A DNA stretch of 64,000 nt from Penicillus capitatus. Lineage: Eukaryota > Plantae > Chlorophyta. The notes below the pieces were generated by a model. That model had not been told where the DNA came from. It did no database searches and saw nothing but the letters and a program-made list of their open reading frames with translations. The stretch spans positions 1 through 64,000 of the forward strand of contig OZ287702.1 of NCBI GenBank assembly GCA_965649825.1, given 5' to 3'. The position numbers were made by a program, and so were the translations under genes. Below, one piece after another: positions 58,721 through 64,000 of the stretch (position 1 is the first letter of the stretch; every line of letters starts with the position of its first letter).

Positions 58721-60939
58721 CTACTCGATTAAACTGAATAGAAAATCTCTAAACCCTCCTTCCACTTTGATCCAGGAGAGACATCGCCGTTCATCGTCTC
58801 TTAAGAAGACACCTTGGACAAAGATACCACTCGGATCTGCAAAGATCTCGCCAGCGAAGCTGCCAGGAAGCTGAACATCGATGCGCCATGATGCCGGACC
58901 CGGTGTCGTGCAAAATCGCGTCAGCATTGTCGGAATGGCGTCCAATGCTTTGCTGATGTCCTCTTTCGCCGTCTGGAGATGGATGGAGTGCAGGAAAGAT
59001 GTGAGGAGGGTGTCGAGATGTGGGGATGTCCCTTTGTAATGATACTTAAAGAACTGCGCGGGTCGTAGATGGGTCAACCACTCTTCATCCTCTTCGTGCA
59101 TGGACAGCATCTCCTTCTCTCCAGCTTCCGTGTCTTCCTTTGGTGCAACGGGTGCCTCAGTGAGCAACATGATCTTCTCTCTGAAATTAATACTGAGTTC
59201 GCGGATGTCGATCTGATGCAGAAAAGGAGGCAGTTGATAGGCACAGTTGATAAAGTTTTTGAGCAATGTGGTCTTCAGGGTGTGCGCTGCTGGATGTGAC
59301 GATTCCAGATTTTGCAAAGCCTACCTACATCCAGTCACATCACTCCATGTCACACATAGCGGGACGACATGATCGAAAATGAGGTGATCCGATGGGCCCA
59401 TGTTCACTTTGTTCGCCTGCGAGACAAGGGTCTTCTTGCAGAGCTTCCAGACATTCTGCTCTTGCATCTTGCACAGCGCCATGTGCACCTGTGCCCCCCA
59501 TAGCAGACACGTCGACGTTTTTCGTGCGAGCAACGTACCCGTGTCATTCGGATGAGCTCCTCTCTGCTGAACCATTCCTCTCTTAGTGGGGCAGTGACAG
59601 AGACAGCAGATACCAGATCTGAAAAGAGCAAGTGGGTTCGTACATGAGGAGAAATCTCAAACACACCTTCGGAAGCACTGCTGTCGCTTTCTCCTTCTGA
59701 AGAGACCAGCAGTTCTGCCTCTTCAGCATCCACGCCAAGACTCATGACTTTCTTCATAAAGGCTTCTTTCTCAAGATGCTCCTCTTCGTCGATCTCTTTT
59801 CCTGATGACGCTCTGCGTTCGGCCACGACTGAAGGAGGGTCTGGGAATCGTGTTCTTTTGCTCGATGCTTCGGCAAATGCTGAGTTCCGTTTTCTTGGCG
59901 CCGAGACATCGATGTTTCTTTTCTGAGCCTCGCCAGATTTCACAGACTCCATGTGTCTTTCCAAAATGTGCGTTGACATGACTTTGATGCCTTCCAGATC
60001 CTTGTGCACCTGATCTCGGTGCTGATCCACATCGTCGATGATCTTCTCCACCTGCTCAATCGAACACTGCGGATACTTTTTATCAATCGACACATGTCCT
60101 TCAGGATCTGCATGGAGATCCACAACGAGGGGCTCCTCCGGCAACGGAACATTCCATCCGGTCTTCAAACTCAGATCAACGGAAAACGGACTCAGTGCCG
60201 TTGGCTGGACGCGCACCTAACCGTAGACAGATCCCTGTTCGTTTTCTCGCAGCACGATATATGATAAGCAGGACACTGTGAAAGTAGGAGAGGCCGATGA
60301 GTTCTCGATAGAACGTGCGTTCTTTCTGGATCTGCGATTCGAGGGAATCATGGACGTCCTGCAGAACGCATGCCGCCTCTTCCATCTGATTTCGTTTCTC
60401 TTCGGCCTTGACAAGTTTCTGTTTGTTTCTCTGGAAGTGAAAATCATCGGCGGAGCGCATGTCTGGGACGTACGTCACACCCAACGTCGTTTGCGATTCC
60501 AACTGCCGAATCAATCCGTGAAGCATCATCAATTCCGACTGTCACAGACAGACAGACAGACCCCCAAATGGTATCCCGTGTGGCCAAGAGCTCGGCAACC
60601 GTACTTTTGCAGATGTCAAGGCATCGAAGGTCTCAGTCAAACGCTGCTGTTCTTCGGCGGTCTGACCACAGTCGAACGATCGAGGTATGGAGGAGAACGC
60701 TTCGTTCACACTTCATTCTTTTGCTGGTGCTCTTCTCGACGATGCTGCACGGCACCCGAGTCGCCTTCCAATGAAGATGCCGCCAATCTGTGAGATGTGA
60801 CGTGAGAGCACGCCAAGACGAGTCAACGCGCAAACCTGCGCCACAGTTCATCGTCTTCACCCGGAATCGCAGTGCCATCTGGTTCAAAGTATCGAATCCG
60901 GCGCGACATGTCGAATGGATTCCGGTTGGTCGTCATCAT
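58721..60939 (-). CDS. MED17: Mediator subunit 17-like (multi-exon)
   Basis: RRIRYFEPDG, ELMMLHGLIRQLE and LESQIQKERTFYRELIGL resemble plant MED17 N-terminal motifs (by-eye recall). Exon boundaries are approximate. Confidence 0.6.
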
Positions 60940-61035
60940 CGCCCATTCCACCCATCTTGACGCATGGTGGCTGTCATGCATGCAAGCATCCCGTTGACAC
61001 CAGAGCCGTTTTCGTCAAACCCTTGATTGGCGCTC

Positions 61036-62488
61036 ATGGTCGAGCTCTCATCACGCAACGCGCATCTTTTGCCGCATGAGGCTTCGGTATAGGTCCTCGA
61101 ACGCAATCGCTATGCCTTTTGTGTCGAGTGGCATGATGTCCACACGGATACCACATGGCAATATCAACTCCTCTACGATCCAGAAACGAAGGAAATCGAG
61201 ATGGTAAGGGGCTGTGTATAAAGGAATGGGTGTATTGGCTGCGCTGTCTGCTGTGTAGCATGATATCAAGAGCCGGCGCGTTTTTCTCAAGCGCCGTACA
61301 CTGGATGCCGTCATCCCTCAATTTCTCTCTGTTGGCAATCGACTGAACATCCTGTCAAGGCAGCTCACGATTGTAGACTATGGAGATGCCGTCACGCGAA
61401 ATGCCTTGGCCCGTCTGCATGAGAAGTATCGCAAGAGGCAGCACTCTGTGGGAAGCACTAAGGCGGGTCGCTTCCTCACAGGACCTTTGCACTCATCCCA
61501 CTCGCAGACATTGTGTTCTTGGCCTATCTGCTGCAATGCCTCGCTGTTCGAGATCTTTATCTCAAGTCCATCTCGCTTTATCGAAAGCACTGCATCGATG
61601 TCGTGCGCTCTCTTCTAGTGCAGCAAAAACGGTTCAGCTAGACGAGGAGGGTGTACAGCGCTTGGTCGCATTGGATCCAGCGCTCGGCAACAATGGCGAG
61701 GCACTGAACGGACGGTTCGTTTTCGCGGAGATCATTGGCGTTGGTGCCGTCGAGCATATGTCCACCATCGAAGGGTCTCGTATCGATACCCGTAACGCGA
61801 CAGATCCTGCGCACGTCTGTCCGAACACGACCTACGTGCCGCGCAATAAAGCGATGGCACAAAAGCTCTTGCCCATTCTTGCAGAGATGCCGTCAGTCGA
61901 TCTCGACAAGATTCCTGGCAGTTCTTTGGCGGCGATCAAGCCCCATGCCCTCCTGTACCATCCATTCACCACGCACTGAAGGACACGGATCTCTACATCG
62001 ACGCTGGTTTTAGGGACGGTACCGAAGGGCTCATTCTCGAAGCGCTGTCAAACGCGTTTTGCATTCATAACATCTGCACCGTCTCTCTGAGTCATTCCGA
62101 AGCGAACGCCTTCTACGAAGTCTACAGAGATGTTCTATGTCCAGGCAGATCACCAGCGCCGCCGTCTTTCGGCACTCAGCCTTGCTTTGCAGGCGAATGG
62201 ACAGAGATGATGACACAGTTATCATCTGGGCGTTTTATTGCGATGCACGTGTCGAGCAAAGATGTGACAGAGGACTCTGTCGAGGCGCTGCGAGAATTGT
62301 GTGGTCCGATGGATCCAGAACTCGGCCGACATATCCATCCCGACTCTCTACGCGCTCAATTCGGTGTGGATAAGACACGCAATGCCATGCATTGCACCGA
62401 TCTTGAAGAAGATGCACAACTGGAACTGTCCTACATCTTCCAACAAGAGCATCACTCAGTGAAGCCAGGACACTCTCAGAGAAACTGA
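61036..62488 (+). CDS. NME7: NME7-like nucleoside diphosphate kinase (DM10 + two NDK domains)
   Basis: DM10 YAFCVEW...KEIEM/HDIKSRRVFLKR...LNILSRQLTIVDYGD. Second NDK domain AIKPHAL...AFYEVY...LCGPMDPELGRHIHPDSLRAQFGVDKTRNAMHCTDLEED. Confidence 0.88.
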
Positions 62489-62956
62489 CACTCACATGGC
62501 ATTATAGCAGAAAAGTTGTCATCTATTATATCATGCTACATGTCAAATCAAGCAACAGATTCCAAACACGTCATCCGCCATCAGTGATTGTCCATTGAGC
62601 ACTTGAACCACCCGAGCTAAGCGACAAGCAGAATAGAAGATTGCCATTTGGCAAAACTGTTTCGAAATCGTTCATCATTACGCAGATGGTTCCCAGCCAC
62701 ATCTTCAATCCGCAGTCCCAAAATGAAAAGAGGCTAGAGAACAGAAACCCAATATGATGACGATATCCCTCCTATCTCTCGAAACGCTCCATGGATACCA
62801 TATAACGCAAAGGCAGTATATGTGTTGCGATCCGAGTACAACAATGTCTCTTGGACAAAAAATCAAATCCAGCTTGTTGAGTGAACTGAAGAGAATGCAT
62901 GTGCTCTCCGACAAAACCAAGACGCATGTGCTTGTCCTTCGGACGAAAGAGTGATC

Positions 62957-63883
62957 TCAGTGGATTTTTTTACTTGTCTCTTTGGACGGGGGTTTGCTTT
63001 TCGAGAAAATTGTTCGCCTTGAAGCGTCGACCATTTTATAGAACCAGTAGTAGTTTAGGAGATTTCCTGAAAAACAGAAGCTTAAGAGCAGTCCCTTTTC
63101 CAGCGCTCCTATCTCTTCGGGCAGCCTCTCCCAATCCCATAGATAGACCCTGATGGCCGAAACTGCGCCAAACACATAGCCTGTTGTGGACAGACATCCA
63201 CGAAACGGAAGATGGCGTACGTGTTCCGACGCAAATCCTAAACACGGCGAAGGAGATCAAAGCGGCAACGCCGTTATAGAAATAGAGAGACGTCTTCTCC
63301 AAGCCAATCTTGAAGAGGATCCATCTGGCATGGACAAACGACGTACTCACTTCCCACAGAATCGAAGCGCATCCTGCAATCCGACCACCCTTATATCTCA
63401 CTTATTCTCACACATTTACCGTAGAAGTAAAACCGGTCGGTCATGAGAATGTAAAGCAAGAAAGTGAAACAGAGGACTCCGTGGAGAATGGGCATACCAC
63501 CGTCGATCCGAACATGCCTCAGTGCCTCGGTGATATCCCAGATGAAGAACCCGCAAGTGATGATGATGGTCAATTGGGAAAGCGCCGTTTTGCCAAACAG
63601 CGAATCTTCCCACAATGAACGATCCGCCAAAGATACGAACGTCAAGATCATCTGTACAGCACGTCCACTTCAATTCCCATCATCCGATGCCGGACGTGAC
63701 CTGTGGGATGTTGTGTATGGCACATAAAACACGAAATCGCAGTCCTCTGTGCACAGCCACCTCCTCTTCTTTCTTCACGCCGTGTCCGAGGCTCAAGAAC
63801 GGTTTGGATATCGTTTTCCATATCGAAGGCCGATGCAACATCCAATGCAGTACAAAGAAGGTCACTCCTGTCACATCACCCAT
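62957..63883 (-). CDS. TLC (TRAM/LAG1/CLN8)-domain membrane protein, TMEM56-like; 5' end uncertain
   Basis: TCGFFIWD, LHGVLC, EVSTSFVHARW...LYFYNG...FAVFRI and LLNYYWFYKM. Confidence 0.8.
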
Positions 63884-64000
63884 TTCCTATGGCTGTCGGG
63901 CTATAGAGTGTCGCCGACCGGCTAAGAGAGTGCCGAGGAGGGTGACATCGCGACGGTCGTTGAGGAGTGACATGAAATCGGCAGTTCTTGTTCGGCGAGA

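Noticed and set aside
62139-62192. GC-AG intron in NME7
   Set aside because: A GT donor 6 nt upstream gives an equally good in-frame product, so the case is ambiguous.
1-64000. CRISPR arrays, rRNA or tRNA genes, prokaryotic operons or defence systems
   Set aside because: No repeat-spacer arrays or structured RNA genes were seen. The window is intron-containing eukaryotic DNA, and the only tRNA-related sequence is the retroelement PBS.

Overview
Gene-dense eukaryotic nuclear DNA with many short (about 45-80 nt) spliceosomal introns and the standard genetic code. A nuclear, transit-peptide-bearing accA (alpha-carboxyltransferase), a plant-type iPGAM, a callose-synthase fragment and a KCBP-type MyTH4-FERM module point to a green alga (Chlorophyta; inference). 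Recognisable genes: Kelch-repeat protein, Mei2-like RRM protein, a truncated U2AF65 paralog, trypsin-like protein, PLAT+membrane protein, accA, DDX20/Gemin3-like helicase, PP4R4-like, theta GST, iPGAM, a dsRBD protein, M17 leucine aminopeptidase, MED17, NME7-like and a TLC-domain protein. One intact, very young Ty3/Gypsy LTR retrotransposon (44820-50071; identical-looking 340-bp LTRs, ATAAC target-site duplication, tRNA-Ala-type PBS) sits inside the FKS1 domain exon of a truncated callose-synthase-like gene. There is also a decayed ABCG gene and an AT-rich island with a LINE remnant. The best candidates for novelty are: (i) four paralogous secreted Cys-repeat proteins that I cannot assign to any family, two of which share a gene-conversion-like identical tract; (ii) a MyTH4-FERM-pseudokinase fusion; (iii) a U2AF65 paralog lacking the RS, ULM and UHM regions; (iv) MED17 and LAP only 31 nt apart, possibly bicistronic. 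Exon structures were inferred by eye, so gene ends are approximate. No database searches were run.
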